A stretch of 64,000 bases of DNA, taken from the NCBI GenBank assembly GCA_963761335.1, contig CAVXGR010000012.1, forward strand, positions 576,001-640,000, given 5' to 3'. This DNA is from an uncultured delta proteobacterium (GTDB lineage: Bacteria > Desulfobacterota > Binatia > HRBIN30 > BPIQ01). The translations under genes and the position numbers were made by a program. Shown one piece after another: positions 41,190-51,187 of the stretch; positions within the stretch are counted from its first letter, which is position 1; each line of letters opens with the position of its first letter. The notes beneath the pieces are model-generated. The model was not told the DNA's origin. It saw only the letters and a program-made list of their open reading frames with translations, and searched no databases.

Positions 41190-42005
41190 TCAGTGAATCG
41201 GCGGCAGGTGACGGTTGGGGGTGGCCTTCGAGGGCTGGTAGTAGCGCTGCGCCTCCGGCAGCCAGGCGCGGATCTGCTCGCGGCGCGTGCCGTAGCTGGG
41301 ATGGGTGGAGAGAAACTCCGCCGGCTGCTGGCCCTTGCTCGCCGCCTCCATGCGGTCCCAGAGGCCGAGGGCCGCCTGCGGATCGTAGCCCGCCTTGGCC
41401 ATGAGGATCAGGCCGATGTGATCGGCCTCGGACTCCTGCTGGCGGTCGAAGGGGAGAATCACCCCGACCTGCGCCCCGAGCCCGAGCGCCTGCATGATGG
41501 CGTTGCGCGCCGTCGGGTTGTTGCCGCCGAGCGCCGCACCGAGGCCGGCGGCGCCGAGCTGCAGCAACACACCCTGGCTCATGCGCTCGGCGGCGTGGCG
41601 GGCCACGGCGTGGGCGATCTCGTGCCCGAGCACCGTCGCCATCCCCGCATCGGTCTCGGCGATCGGAAAGAGCCCGGTGTAGACCGCCGTCTTGCCCCCC
41701 GGCAGGGCGAAGGCGTTGACGGTGTCGTCGGCGCGCAGAACGGTGAACTCCCATTTGAAGTCCGGCTGCTCGGCCACCGCGGCGATGCGCTGGCCGATGC
41801 TGCGCACGGCACTGTTGAGTGCCGGGTCGCCGGCGACCTTTCCCTCCTTCAGAACCTGCTGATAGGCCTGCGCCCCGAGCTGCAGCATCTCGGGCTGGGA
41901 GATCAGCATCAGCTGACTGCGCTTGGTGAACGGCACGATGGCACATGCGCCGGCCAGCAAGAGGAAGGCGGCCAGGGCGAGAAGGTGACGGCTCGGCATC
42001 GGCAT
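41190..42005 (-). CDS. M48-family metallopeptidase, probable lipoprotein
   Basis: Lipobox-like AGAC, NAFALPGG, GHEIAH, ESEAD, LSTHP. Confidence 0.93.
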   Translation of the reverse strand: MPMPSRHLLALAAFLLLAGACAIVPFTKRSQLMLISQPEMLQLGAQAYQQVLKEGKVAGDPALNSAVRSIGQRIAAVAEQPDFKWEFTVLRADDTVNAFALPGGKTAVYTGLFPIAETDAGMATVLGHEIAHAVARHAAERMSQGVLLQLGAAGLGAALGGNNPTARNAIMQALGLGAQVGVILPFDRQQESEADHIGLILMAKAGYDPQAALGLWDRMEAASKGQQPAEFLSTHPSYGTRREQIRAWLPEAQRYYQPSKATPNRHLPPIH

Positions 42006-42106
42006 GGGATCGATTGTACTCGACGGCGGGGCCGGCGTGAAGTTGCGGCGTTGCGCCCCGCACCCCTGTTGAGCTTCTGGCCGCCGCCCCTTATACGGTA
42101 GCAAAG

Positions 42107-43060
42107 ATGATCCTCGCCGAGCACCTCACCAAACGCTTCGGCCCCTTCACCGCAATCGACGACGTCTCCTTCAGTGTGAAGCGCGGCGAGGTGATGGGGT
42201 TTCTCGGCCCCAACGGCGCCGGCAAGAGCACCACGATGCGCATCCTCGCGGGCGTCTTCCCGCCGACCAGCGGCAGGGCGGTGGTCGCCGGCTACGACCT
42301 GAAGACGGACTCGCTGCGCGCCCGGCGCGTCGTCGGCTACTTCCCGGAGCGCGTCTCCCTCTATCTGGACCTCACGGTGCGCGAGTATCTGCGCTACGTC
42401 TGTCGCCTCAAGGAGGTGCCCGCCGCCGAGCGCCGGCGATCGATCGAGGCAGCGATGGCGTCCTGCGGCGTCGACAAGGTGGCCGGCCGGCTGGTCGGCA
42501 CGCTCTCCAAAGGCTACCGCCAGCGCGTCGGCATCGCCCAGGCAATCGTCGGCGATCCGCGCGTGCTCATCCTCGACGAGCCCACCTCCGGCCTCGACCC
42601 CGAGCAGGTGGCCGAGATCCGCACCCTCATCCGCCGCCTGCGCGGCGATCGCACGGTCATTCTCTCGACCCACATCCTCTCCGAGGTGGAAGCCACCTGC
42701 GACCGCGTCATCATCATCAACCAGGGACGGATTCTGGCGGTGGACACTCCGGAGAACCTCAACCAGCGCCTGCGGCACGCCTCGGAGGTCTACCTCGAGA
42801 TCGCCGGGCCGGAGCGGGAGGTCACGGCGCTGCTCACCGCCATGCCCGGCGTCGTCGACGTGCAGCGCGACGGCTCCGGCGACGGCGCCGTGCGCCTCAC
42901 CGTGTCGACCGCCCGAGGCATCGACCTGCGCGCCGAGATCGCCGCGGCGGTGACCGGCGCCGGCTGGGGGCTGCGCGAGCTGCGGCCGGTGACCCTCTCG
43001 CTCGAAACCATCTTCCTGACCCTCGTCTCTCGCGGCGACGACGCCGAGCGGAGCGCATGA
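42107..43060 (+). CDS. ABC transporter ATP-binding protein (GldA-like)
   Basis: GPNGAGKST, LSKGYRQRVG, LDEPTSGLDP, STHILSEV. Confidence 0.92.
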   Translation: MILAEHLTKRFGPFTAIDDVSFSVKRGEVMGFLGPNGAGKSTTMRILAGVFPPTSGRAVVAGYDLKTDSLRARRVVGYFPERVSLYLDLTVREYLRYVCRLKEVPAAERRRSIEAAMASCGVDKVAGRLVGTLSKGYRQRVGIAQAIVGDPRVLILDEPTSGLDPEQVAEIRTLIRRLRGDRTVILSTHILSEVEATCDRVIIINQGRILAVDTPENLNQRLRHASEVYLEIAGPEREVTALLTAMPGVVDVQRDGSGDGAVRLTVSTARGIDLRAEIAAAVTGAGWGLRELRPVTLSLETIFLTLVSRGDDAERSA

Positions 43061-43797
43061 AGGCGCTGGTCATCTGCGGGCGGGAGCTGCGCTTCTACTT
43101 CAGCTCCTTCGTCGCCTTCGCCCTGCTGGCGGTGTTCCTGGTTCTCACCGGCTACTTCTTCTACACCGACCTGATCTTCTTCATCCTCTTCGGCGGCTAC
43201 GTCCTGCCCACCGGGCTCTGGCAGTACGTCTTCCTCGACCTCCGGCTGGTCACCCTGCTCGTCCTGCCGCTGGTCACCATGCGGCTGTTCGCCGAGGAGA
43301 AGAAGCTCGGCACCATCGAGCTGCTGTGGACCTATCCAGTGCGCGACTGGGAGATCGTCGCCGGCAAGTTCCTCGCCTCGCTGCTCTTCTTCGCGGTGAT
43401 GGTCATCCCCACAGTGGTGAGCCCCGCGGCCCTCTACGCCTTCTACAAGTTCGACCCGGGCCCCCTGCTGGTCGCCTATCTCGGCATCTTTCTGCTCGGC
43501 ACCTCCTTCATCGCCTGCGGCATGTTCGTCTCCTCGCTGACCGAGAACCAGGTGGTCAGCGCCATGGTGACCTACGGCATCCTGGTGTTCTTCTGGTTCA
43601 TGACCTGGAACGAGAACGCCGCCGGCGAGCGGCTGGTCGACTTCCTCCTGCGCCTCTCGCTGTTCGACCGCTTCTACAACTTCGCCCGCGGCGTCATCGA
43701 CACCAAGGACGTCGTCTACTTCGTCGTCTTCATCAGCTTCTTCCTCGGCCTGACGCTGCTCTCGCTGGGGACGAGGAAATGGCGGGGAATCCGCTGA
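43057..43797 (+). CDS. ABC-2 permease (GldF-like)
   Basis: TMRLFAEEKKLGTIELL, GKF, SSLTENQVV. Confidence 0.88.
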   Translation: MKALVICGRELRFYFSSFVAFALLAVFLVLTGYFFYTDLIFFILFGGYVLPTGLWQYVFLDLRLVTLLVLPLVTMRLFAEEKKLGTIELLWTYPVRDWEIVAGKFLASLLFFAVMVIPTVVSPAALYAFYKFDPGPLLVAYLGIFLLGTSFIACGMFVSSLTENQVVSAMVTYGILVFFWFMTWNENAAGERLVDFLLRLSLFDRFYNFARGVIDTKDVVYFVVFISFFLGLTLLSLGTRKWRGIR

Positions 43798-45191
43798 TGC
43801 TCGGGCAGAGTGTCCGCCAAGCTCTCCTCCTGGCGCTGCAGATCGTCCTGATGATGCTGCTGAGCGGCTTCGTCCTGCTGCTCGCCGATCGCCACAACCG
43901 CCGCTTCGACTTCAGCCCGCTGAAGCAGTACGTGATCTCGAAGCAGTCGAAGAAGATCGTCGCCGGGCTCTCGGAGCCCACCCGCATCCTCTACTTCTAC
44001 GACAGTCGCGAGAGCGGGCGGCGGCGGCAGGTCGCCGACCTGTTCGATCAGTTCACCGCCGTCAGTCCGCTGCTCTCCTATCGCCTCTACGATCTCGACC
44101 GCACCCCGGGCCTGGCGAAGAAGTACGACATCTCCAGCTACAACACCGGCGCGGTCGAGAGCCGCGGCCGGGTCGAGCCGCTGTCCACCGCCGACGAGGT
44201 GGCGATCAGCAGCGCCCTCCTCAGGCTCTCCACCGAGCACACCCGACAGCTGTGCTTCATGGTCGGGCACGGCGAGCACGATCCCCGCTCGGCCACCGAG
44301 CGCACCGGCTACAGCGACGTGGCCAAGAACCTCGAGATGGAGAACTTCGCCATCCGCACCTATGACGTGCTGCCGTCTCCCGCCGATCTGAAGAGCTGCA
44401 CGCTGGTGATCATGGCCGGGCCGCGGGGGCCGTTCTTCGGCGACGAGGAAGCCCGCCTGTCCGCCTTCCTCGAGGGAGGCGGCCGGCTGCTGATACTCAT
44501 CGACCCGGAGACGCCGGCGTCGATCACCGACTTCCTCGAACGCTTCGGCATCGAGGCGCCGAAGGCGATCATCGCCGACCAGAGGAACCGCCTGTACGGC
44601 GCCGACGCCTTCATGCCGCGGGTACCGATCTTCGACCGCGAGACCTTCCACAAGAACCTCGACACCGCCGCCATCTTCCCCCTGGCCCGGCCGGTGGTGC
44701 CGATGAAGGACGCGCCGCCGCGCGTAGAGGTCACCCTCGTCGCCCTCAGCAGCCCGGAGAGCTGGGCGCGGGTGGGCGACAGCGAGCCGACCGAGACCAC
44801 GCCGGAGTTCCGCCGCGAGGTCGACGAGCCCGGGCCCGTGCCGGTGGCGGTGATGGCGACCGTGCACCGCGACAAGGAGGCCGGCTCCGCCGACGGCACG
44901 GCGCTGCCCGGCAAGATGGTCGTCTTCGGGGACTCCGATTTCCCGAGTAACTTCTACCTCAACCTGATCGGCAACAAGGATCTCTTCATGAGCACCGTCG
45001 GCGTGCTGGCCGAGGACAGCCGGCTGGTGGCGGTGCGCCAGAAGGACCTGCCCAAGGGCACGCTCTCTCCCATCTATCTCACGGCGCGGCAGGGCCAGCT
45101 CATCTTCTGGCTGGCGGTCGTGGTGATTCCGGGCGTGGCGCTGGCGATCGGCGGCCTGGTCGCCTGGCGCCGCCGACTCCAGGGGAGCTGA
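43797..45191 (+). CDS. GldG-like ABC auxiliary component
   Basis: N- and C-terminal TMs, GHGE, GDSDF-x-SN, GN-x-DLF. Confidence 0.85.
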   Translation: MLGQSVRQALLLALQIVLMMLLSGFVLLLADRHNRRFDFSPLKQYVISKQSKKIVAGLSEPTRILYFYDSRESGRRRQVADLFDQFTAVSPLLSYRLYDLDRTPGLAKKYDISSYNTGAVESRGRVEPLSTADEVAISSALLRLSTEHTRQLCFMVGHGEHDPRSATERTGYSDVAKNLEMENFAIRTYDVLPSPADLKSCTLVIMAGPRGPFFGDEEARLSAFLEGGGRLLILIDPETPASITDFLERFGIEAPKAIIADQRNRLYGADAFMPRVPIFDRETFHKNLDTAAIFPLARPVVPMKDAPPRVEVTLVALSSPESWARVGDSEPTETTPEFRREVDEPGPVPVAVMATVHRDKEAGSADGTALPGKMVVFGDSDFPSNFYLNLIGNKDLFMSTVGVLAEDSRLVAVRQKDLPKGTLSPIYLTARQGQLIFWLAVVVIPGVALAIGGLVAWRRRLQGS

Positions 45192-45192
45192 G

Positions 45193-45744
45193 GTGGGTTG
45201 GCGCGGCACCCTCGGGCTGGCGGTGCTGACGGCGCTGGCGGCGGCGCTCTACCTGGCGAGTGGGCCGGAGCCGCTCCACCTTCCCAAGACGACCCTTATG
45301 GGTGAGCCGCGCTACATCGACCCGAACAAACCGGTGACCCATCTCCTCGACTTCGATGCCGGGAGCGTCGCGAAGATCGTCTTCGGGCGCGGCGACGAGG
45401 AGGTCACGGTGACCCGCGACGCGGGAAGGTGGCGTGGCGCCGCCAATCCCAAGCCGCTCGACGACTTCCTCTCGACGCTCGCCGACCTGCAGAAGCTCAC
45501 CACCATCGACGCCAACGCCAGTGACCTCGCCGACTACGGCCTGACCATCCCCTCGCGCCGCCTGGGTCTGGAGACCAGCGACGGCCGGCGTCTCTCGCTC
45601 GCCATCGGCGATCGCAACCCGCCGGGGACGGCGGTCTACGTGCAGATCGGCGAGGGCGGCCCGGTGGCGCTGGCCGGCGCCCTGGTCATCTGGGAGTTCG
45701 ACAAGGCCTTCGCCGCCGTCACCGGCCGCCCCAACCCGCTCTGA
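45193..45744 (+). CDS. DUF4340-like membrane-anchored protein
   Basis: N-terminal TM, LADYGL, IGD-x-NP; usual fourth gene of Gld-like ABC operons. Confidence 0.7.
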   Translation: MGWRGTLGLAVLTALAAALYLASGPEPLHLPKTTLMGEPRYIDPNKPVTHLLDFDAGSVAKIVFGRGDEEVTVTRDAGRWRGAANPKPLDDFLSTLADLQKLTTIDANASDLADYGLTIPSRRLGLETSDGRRLSLAIGDRNPPGTAVYVQIGEGGPVALAGALVIWEFDKAFAAVTGRPNPL

Positions 45745-45816
45745 CCCCTGGAAGCGCCGCCGTCCCGGCCGCCCCCTGCTCCCCGCCATTTGCGGCCAAG
45801 ATGGCCGCGCTTCCGG

Positions 45817-46986
45817 TCAGCGCACCGCGTCCTCGCCGGTGATGTCACGGCCGACGATGAGGGTGTGCATGTCGTGCGTCCCTTCGTAGGTGTTGACGGT
45901 CTCCAGGTTCATCATGTGGCGGATGACCGGGTACTCGTTGACGATGCCGTTGGCGCCGAGAATGTCGCGCGCCAGCCGGGCGATCTCCAGGGCGTTGGCC
46001 ACGTTGTTGCGCTTTGCCAGCGAGATCTGCTGCGGGCGAACCGCGCCCGCGTCCTTGAGCTGCGCCAGCCGATAGGCGAGCAGTTGCCCCTTGGTGATCT
46101 CCGACACCATGTGCACGAGCTTCTGTTGCACCAGCTGGAAGGAGGCGATCGGCCGGCCGAACTGGCGCCGCTCGCGCGCGTAGGAGAGGGCCGTCTGGTA
46201 GCAGGCCATGGCCGCTCCGAGCGCGCCCCAGACGATGCCGAAGCGGGCCTGACTGAGGCAGGAGAAGGGACCGCGCAGGCCGCTGACCTCCGGGAGCAGG
46301 TTCTCCCGCGGCACCCGCACCTCCTCGAGCACCAGCTCCGAGGTGATCGACGCCCGCAGCGAGAACTTGCCCTTGATGTCGATGGTGGAGTACCCGGGCA
46401 TGCCCTTCTCCACGAGGAAGCCGCGGATGACCCCGTCGTCGGTCTTGGCCCAGACGACGGCGACGTCGGCGATGCTGCCGTTGGTGATCCAGCGCTTCAC
46501 CCCGGAGATCACGTAGTGCGCCCCGTCGGCCCGGGCGCGCGTCTCCATACCTCCCGGGTCGGAGCCGTGATCCGGCTCCGTCAGCCCGAAGCAGCCAATG
46601 GCCGCACCGCGCGCCATCCCCGGCAGCCAGCGCTCCTTCTGGGCCGCCGAGCCGAAGGCGTAAATCGCGTACATGGCCAGCGACCCCTGCACCGAGCCCA
46701 TGGAGCGCAGGCCGCTGTCGCAGCGCTCCAGCTCCTGCATGATCAATCCGTAGGAGACGTTGTTGAGGCCGGCACAGCCGTACCCCTTGAGGTTCGCCCC
46801 GAACACGCCGATCTCCGCCAGCCGCGGGATCAGCTGGCGGGGAAACTCCTCGCGCGTGTGACAGCCCTCGATGATGGGCATGGCCTCGCGCTCGACGAAG
46901 TCGCGCACCGTCTTGCGAATGAGCTTCTCCTCGTCGCTGAGAAGCCCGTCCAGATCGTAGTAGTCGACACCTTCAAACGGCGGCAT
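45817..46986 (-). CDS. gcdH: Acyl-CoA dehydrogenase, glutaryl-CoA dehydrogenase-like
   Basis: ELERCDSGLRS, FGLTEPDHGSDP, WITNGS, SLRASITSEL, TYEGT. Confidence 0.88.
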   Translation of the reverse strand: MPPFEGVDYYDLDGLLSDEEKLIRKTVRDFVEREAMPIIEGCHTREEFPRQLIPRLAEIGVFGANLKGYGCAGLNNVSYGLIMQELERCDSGLRSMGSVQGSLAMYAIYAFGSAAQKERWLPGMARGAAIGCFGLTEPDHGSDPGGMETRARADGAHYVISGVKRWITNGSIADVAVVWAKTDDGVIRGFLVEKGMPGYSTIDIKGKFSLRASITSELVLEEVRVPRENLLPEVSGLRGPFSCLSQARFGIVWGALGAAMACYQTALSYARERRQFGRPIASFQLVQQKLVHMVSEITKGQLLAYRLAQLKDAGAVRPQQISLAKRNNVANALEIARLARDILGANGIVNEYPVIRHMMNLETVNTYEGTHDMHTLIVGRDITGEDAVR

Positions 46987-47053
46987 GAGTCACCTCTCGT
47001 GGGCGGATGTTACTCAGCGGCGCCCGCCGGCACAACGCCGTCCCGAGGCACCC

Positions 47054-47082
47054 TTGACCTCGGAAGGCCTTCTCCCTACCTT
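47054..47082 (+). promoter_or_regulatory. Putative leaderless promoter of the LysR gene (TTGACC-N17-TACCTT)
   Basis: GTG start 6 nt after the -10; no SD. Confidence 0.6.
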
Positions 47083-47088
47083 GGGCGG

Positions 47089-47985
47089 GTGCACATAGAA
47101 ACGCTGAAGGTCTTCTGCGACGTGGTCGAGACGGGGAGCTTCTCGGTCGCGGCGTCACAGAACTTCATCACGCAATCCGCGGTCAGCCAGCAGCTCCGCG
47201 CCCTCGAAGCCAAGTACCGGTGCCGGCTCCTCGAGCGCGGCCGGGGCGGTGCCAAGCCCACCAGCGCCGGCGAGATTCTCTACCAGGGGAGCCGCGCCAT
47301 CCTCGAGGCATACCGCGCCGTCGACACGCAGCTCCAGGAGCTCGGCAAGGTGGTCAGCGGCGCACTGCGGGTGAGCATCGTCTACAGCGTCGGCCTGCAC
47401 GAGCTGCCGCCCTATCTGAAGGACTACCTGCGCGCCTATCCGCAGGTAAACGTTCACGTCGAGTACAGTCGCGCCAATAAGATCTACGAGAGCGTCATCA
47501 ACGGCATGACGGATCTGGGCATCGTCGCCTATCCGTCGCGCCACCCGCAGATCACCGTCCTGCCCTTTCGCGACGACCGCTTGGTGCTGGTCTGCCCCCC
47601 GGACCATGCCTTCGCCGGGCTGCGCAAGGTGGCGCTCTCCAAGCTGCACCGGCAACCGTTCATCTCCTACGAGCGCGACATCCCGACGCGCCGCGCCATC
47701 GACCACCTGTTCAAGACCCACGGCGTCACGCCGGATCACGCTCCGGAGTACGACAACATCGAAACCATCAAGCGCGCCGTCGAGATCGGCCAGGGGCTCG
47801 CCATCGTGCCGTTGCCGGCGGTGCAGCGCGAGATCGAGCTGGGCACCCTGCGCGTCGTCCCGCTGGTCGACCTGACGCTGATGCGGCCGCTGGGCATCAT
47901 CCACAAGCGCGGCCGGCACCTGTCGCCGGCGGCGCGCAAGTTCATCGATCTGCTGCGCCAGGAGCGCACCGACGCCGCCGCCTGA
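47089..47985 (+). CDS. LysR-family transcriptional regulator, divergent from gcdH
   Basis: GSFS-x-AA...TQSAVSQQLRALE HTH; ETIKRAVEIG. Confidence 0.95.
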   Translation: MHIETLKVFCDVVETGSFSVAASQNFITQSAVSQQLRALEAKYRCRLLERGRGGAKPTSAGEILYQGSRAILEAYRAVDTQLQELGKVVSGALRVSIVYSVGLHELPPYLKDYLRAYPQVNVHVEYSRANKIYESVINGMTDLGIVAYPSRHPQITVLPFRDDRLVLVCPPDHAFAGLRKVALSKLHRQPFISYERDIPTRRAIDHLFKTHGVTPDHAPEYDNIETIKRAVEIGQGLAIVPLPAVQREIELGTLRVVPLVDLTLMRPLGIIHKRGRHLSPAARKFIDLLRQERTDAAA

Positions 47986-47997
47986 GGCCGCGGCGCT

Positions 47998-48525
47998 TCA
48001 GTCCCGGCGGGCGGCCACCTCGTTCAGGCGCTCCAGGTACAGGCGCAGTGCTTCGAGGGTATCGGGGCACACCGGCCGCGCCTGCGCCATCTCGAACACC
48101 TGGTCCAGATCCATCCACTCCCCGGCGACGATCTCGCTCTCCTGCAGGCGCACCGGGCCGTCGTGCGTGCAGCTGTAGAGCATGCCGTTCACGGTGGTTC
48201 CGGCGGGGTCCGCGAAGCGGAAGGGGAAGAGGCGCCGCAGATCCTGCGGCCGGATACCGAGCTCCTCTTCGAGCTCGCGGCGGGCGCCGTCGTCGTAGCT
48301 CTCCCCGGCGGCGACCACGCCACCGGCCGCCAGGTCGTAGTACGAGGGGTAGATGTCCTTGCCGGCTGCCCGCTTGTGGACGAAGAGCTGCCCCACCGGG
48401 TTGAACACGAAGATGTAGGTGGCGCGGTGGCGCAGGTTCTGCGCCCGCATCTGGGCGCGCGTCGCCTGCCCGGTCACCCGGTCGTCCTCGTCGACGACGT
48501 CGAGCAGCTCCTCTGCGGCGCTCAT
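47998..48525 (-). CDS. Nudix hydrolase (YfcD/IDI-like)
   Basis: DVVDEDD, HRA, GGVVAAGESYDDGARRELEEELGI Nudix box. Confidence 0.9.
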   Translation of the reverse strand: MSAAEELLDVVDEDDRVTGQATRAQMRAQNLRHRATYIFVFNPVGQLFVHKRAAGKDIYPSYYDLAAGGVVAAGESYDDGARRELEEELGIRPQDLRRLFPFRFADPAGTTVNGMLYSCTHDGPVRLQESEIVAGEWMDLDQVFEMAQARPVCPDTLEALRLYLERLNEVAARRD

Positions 48526-49127
48526 CGGTCGCGCTGGATTTCCTGAGCGAGCTCCAGCATCCATCCGTTGAGCGCCTCGAGAAAGCGCTTGCGCAGGGCG
48601 CGCTGGCGCGGCGACAGCGTCGCCAGCATCTCCTCCTTGGCGCGCCCCGGCTCGCCGTCGACCACGGCGTGCTCCTCGGCGACCACGCTGAGCACCATCG
48701 AGCTGCGCCCGTCCCACTCGTCGACCACCGGAAAGCCGAACTCGCGCAGCCCCTTCTCCCAGGTCGCGTCGATGTCGGCCCAGACGCCGTCCACCTCGAT
48801 CTGCAGATAGTCGTGGACGTCGACGATCTCGTCCTTGCGCAGCATCTCCTGCATCTCTTCGGGGAAAGGCAGCGGCGACTCGTTGAAGCGGTGCGTGCAG
48901 ATCATATGGCGCACCCGCAGACCGAGCCGGCGGTAGAGCTCACCGAGCAGGTAGTGCTTGCCGGAGCATGATCCCCTGCCCTGCCGCAGAACCTCATCGG
49001 GCTCGCGGCTGGCCGGATAGCAGTAGGGGATGTCGCGCACGCGCTCGAAGAGCGCCACGCGGGCGCGCCGGGGGTCGAGACCCTGCGTCCATTCGGTGAA
49101 ACTGCGATCGATGTCGGAAGAACCCAT
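48522..49127 (-). CDS. Transglutaminase-like Cys-His-Asp protein
   Basis: VRDIPY, GSCSGKH, HDYL, DIDATW. Confidence 0.7.
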   Translation of the reverse strand: MGSSDIDRSFTEWTQGLDPRRARVALFERVRDIPYCYPASREPDEVLRQGRGSCSGKHYLLGELYRRLGLRVRHMICTHRFNESPLPFPEEMQEMLRKDEIVDVHDYLQIEVDGVWADIDATWEKGLREFGFPVVDEWDGRSSMVLSVVAEEHAVVDGEPGRAKEEMLATLSPRQRALRKRFLEALNGWMLELAQEIQRDR

Positions 49128-49226
49128 CTCAGCTCGGAAAAATCGGCCGGCCGGCGCCCGTCGGCCGCCGCCCGCGGCGGTGATCACGGCCGCGGCGGCA
49201 CGGTCGGCCTCCTGTCAGAACTCCAT

Positions 49227-49841
49227 TCACGGGTTGATGTCGAAGCGCGCCGCTTCCTCCGGAGTGTTGACGTTGCGAAACGACTCCTCGGCCCCGGGAA
49301 CGGCGCGCAACTCCACCTCGGACACGTACTCGACGCGCACCTCGGGGAGAAAGCCGCGGATGGCGCGAACGCCGCGGCGCAACGCCTGCTCGATGCGGGG
49401 CCGCAGCGCCGTCGAATAGAGGGCGTGCAGCGGCTCGATATCACCGTCCCAGACGGGGACGATCGCCTCCTGTGTGGTCAGGCGCTGCACCAGATAGGCG
49501 ATCGGCTCGATGCGCAGGTAGGGCATGTCACAGGCGGCCACGAAGGCGTACCGGCACCCCACCCGCCCGAGGCCGGCGTGAATGCCGCTCAGCGGCCCGG
49601 CTCCCTGGATCTCGTCGCTGACCACCTCGACGGCGTAGCTCCTGTACTTCAGCGGCGAGTTGCTGACCACGACCACCTGCGCGAAGGACTCCTGGAAGAG
49701 CGCCAGCGTGCGCTCGAAGATGGTTTCGGCGCCGACCCGCAGGAACGCCTTGTCGTGCCCGCCCATGCGGCTGTTCTTGCCGCCAGCGAGGACGATGCCG
49801 GCTACCTGGTCGCTGAGCTGGGGGGCTTCACTCGATTGCAT
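49227..49841 (-). CDS. mobA: Molybdenum cofactor guanylyltransferase
   Basis: LAGG-x2-SRMG...DKA, GPLSGI, ACDMP, EPLHALY, NVNTPEE. Confidence 0.93.
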   Translation of the reverse strand: MQSSEAPQLSDQVAGIVLAGGKNSRMGGHDKAFLRVGAETIFERTLALFQESFAQVVVVSNSPLKYRSYAVEVVSDEIQGAGPLSGIHAGLGRVGCRYAFVAACDMPYLRIEPIAYLVQRLTTQEAIVPVWDGDIEPLHALYSTALRPRIEQALRRGVRAIRGFLPEVRVEYVSEVELRAVPGAEESFRNVNTPEEAARFDINP

Positions 49842-49937
49842 GCGAATGGCTAAATCGAGGAGTCTCTGGTGGAAAAACCCGGTACCCGAGGTACGACTGA
49901 ATCAAAGCCGACGACACCACGAACCGCAACCAAGGCG

Positions 49938-49966
49938 AGCATAGAAGCAGGTCCTCGAGCTGTCAA
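49938..49966 (-). promoter_or_regulatory. Near-consensus sigma70 promoter upstream of mobA (TTGACA-N17-TATGCT)
   Basis: -35 at 49966-49961, -10 at 49943-49938. Confidence 0.7.
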
Positions 49967-50022
49967 GGCGCGCCCGCGGAGGTGCGTCCGGGGAGGCCGC
50001 GCGGGGACGGCCGGGCGCCGAG

Positions 50023-50313
50023 CTACATGCTCAGCTGCTCGAGGGCTTCGGCGTCGGCAGGCGAGTCGGCCAGCATGGCGCGCAGCTGCCCGCGAATCGA
50101 GTCGACGGACCAGCCGAAGTGCTGGCACACGGACACGAAGCTGAACGCGTGGCGGTTCTCGTCGGAGAGGAAATAGGTGCGCGCATGGCGCCGGTCGAGC
50201 GCCTGGCGACTCTTGAGGTCCCAGTACGCCGCCTCGAAAACCGCCAACAGCAACCTTTCCTCCGGACGCAGTAGCCGTCGCTGCTCTGCCAGCGCGGTGT
50301 CATTGATCAACAT
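50023..50313 (-). CDS. Small helical hypothetical protein
   Basis: 96 aa, SD GAGGGG, natural composition; PEERLLLAV...FSFVSVC pattern. Confidence 0.75.
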   Translation of the reverse strand: MLINDTALAEQRRLLRPEERLLLAVFEAAYWDLKSRQALDRRHARTYFLSDENRHAFSFVSVCQHFGWSVDSIRGQLRAMLADSPADAEALEQLSM

Positions 50314-50665
50314 AACGGCCCCCTCAGCGATTTCCTCGATGACGTTCTATGTCGCCACCTCTTCCGTAGACCAGAGCCTGATTCTCTCGACCTATCAACT
50401 GGTTTTCACACTCCGACCGTCCGTGTCCGGGCGTGCCGAAACGGCCCCGGAAGCTCGGCGCCGCGTCATCGGGCGTTCTACCACAAGATTGCCGGCCTCA
50501 CAGCAATTTTTTTGGCCGCGATCGCAATCGACGTCGAGGGGAAAGTGGCCGCGCCGGGAGTGCGAGCAGTGCGATCATCTTGGCCGCCCCCCTCTCTGAC
50601 AGCCACCCGCGGCCGGGACGGCCGCGCTACCAGGCAGCGCTCCCGGATGCACGGCTCGCTGTGGG

Positions 50666-51187
50666 CTAGCTGGACGACCGCTGATATTTGCCGGTCAGCT
50701 CGGCCTGGCCGAGGACGTGTCCGCGCATCGCCTTGCGGAGCTTGTGGCTGTCGATTCCGGCGTCGAGCTTCATTGGGGCGTCGAGCGCGTAGAGCGTGAA
50801 CACGTAACGATGCGTTTTTCCGGGCGGTGGACAAGGTCCGCCGTAGCCGACCCTCTGGAAGTCGTTTATCCCCTGCCGGGCACCGTCGATCTCCCCCTCC
50901 CGCGCCCGATCCTCCTGCAGCACCGTCGTCGACGACGGCAAGCCGTAGAGGAGCCAGTGCACGAAGTGCCCGCTCGGCGCATCGGGGTCCTCGACGATGA
51001 GCACATAGGTCCGCGTACCCTCGGGGACGCCGCTCCACGACAGCGGCGGCGAGACGTTCCCGGCGTCACAGGTGTAACGCGCCGGAATGGAGCCCGCGGC
51101 CGAGAAAGCCGCACTTTTCAGCTCCAGCGCCGAAGCCGCAGTCGCCGAACAAGCGGCGAGCCCCATGAAAGCAATCGCGCAGCGCAT
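50666..51187 (-). CDS. YbhB/YbcL (PEBP) family protein
   Basis: Signal peptide, YTCD, SPPLSW, DPDAP, HW, YGGPCPP, HRYVF-x-LYALD. Confidence 0.93.
   Translation of the reverse strand: MRCAIAFMGLAACSATAASALELKSAAFSAAGSIPARYTCDAGNVSPPLSWSGVPEGTRTYVLIVEDPDAPSGHFVHWLLYGLPSSTTVLQEDRAREGEIDGARQGINDFQRVGYGGPCPPPGKTHRYVFTLYALDAPMKLDAGIDSHKLRKAMRGHVLGQAELTGKYQRSSS

Noticed and set aside
42107..45744. Gld-like ABC operon as evidence of gliding motility
   Set aside because: These operons are widespread in non-gliding bacteria; no other motility genes here
45790..47985. 731-aa ORF suggesting a large LysR fusion
   Set aside because: The first 433 codons are antisense to gcdH; LysR starts at GTG 47089 behind its own promoter-like motif
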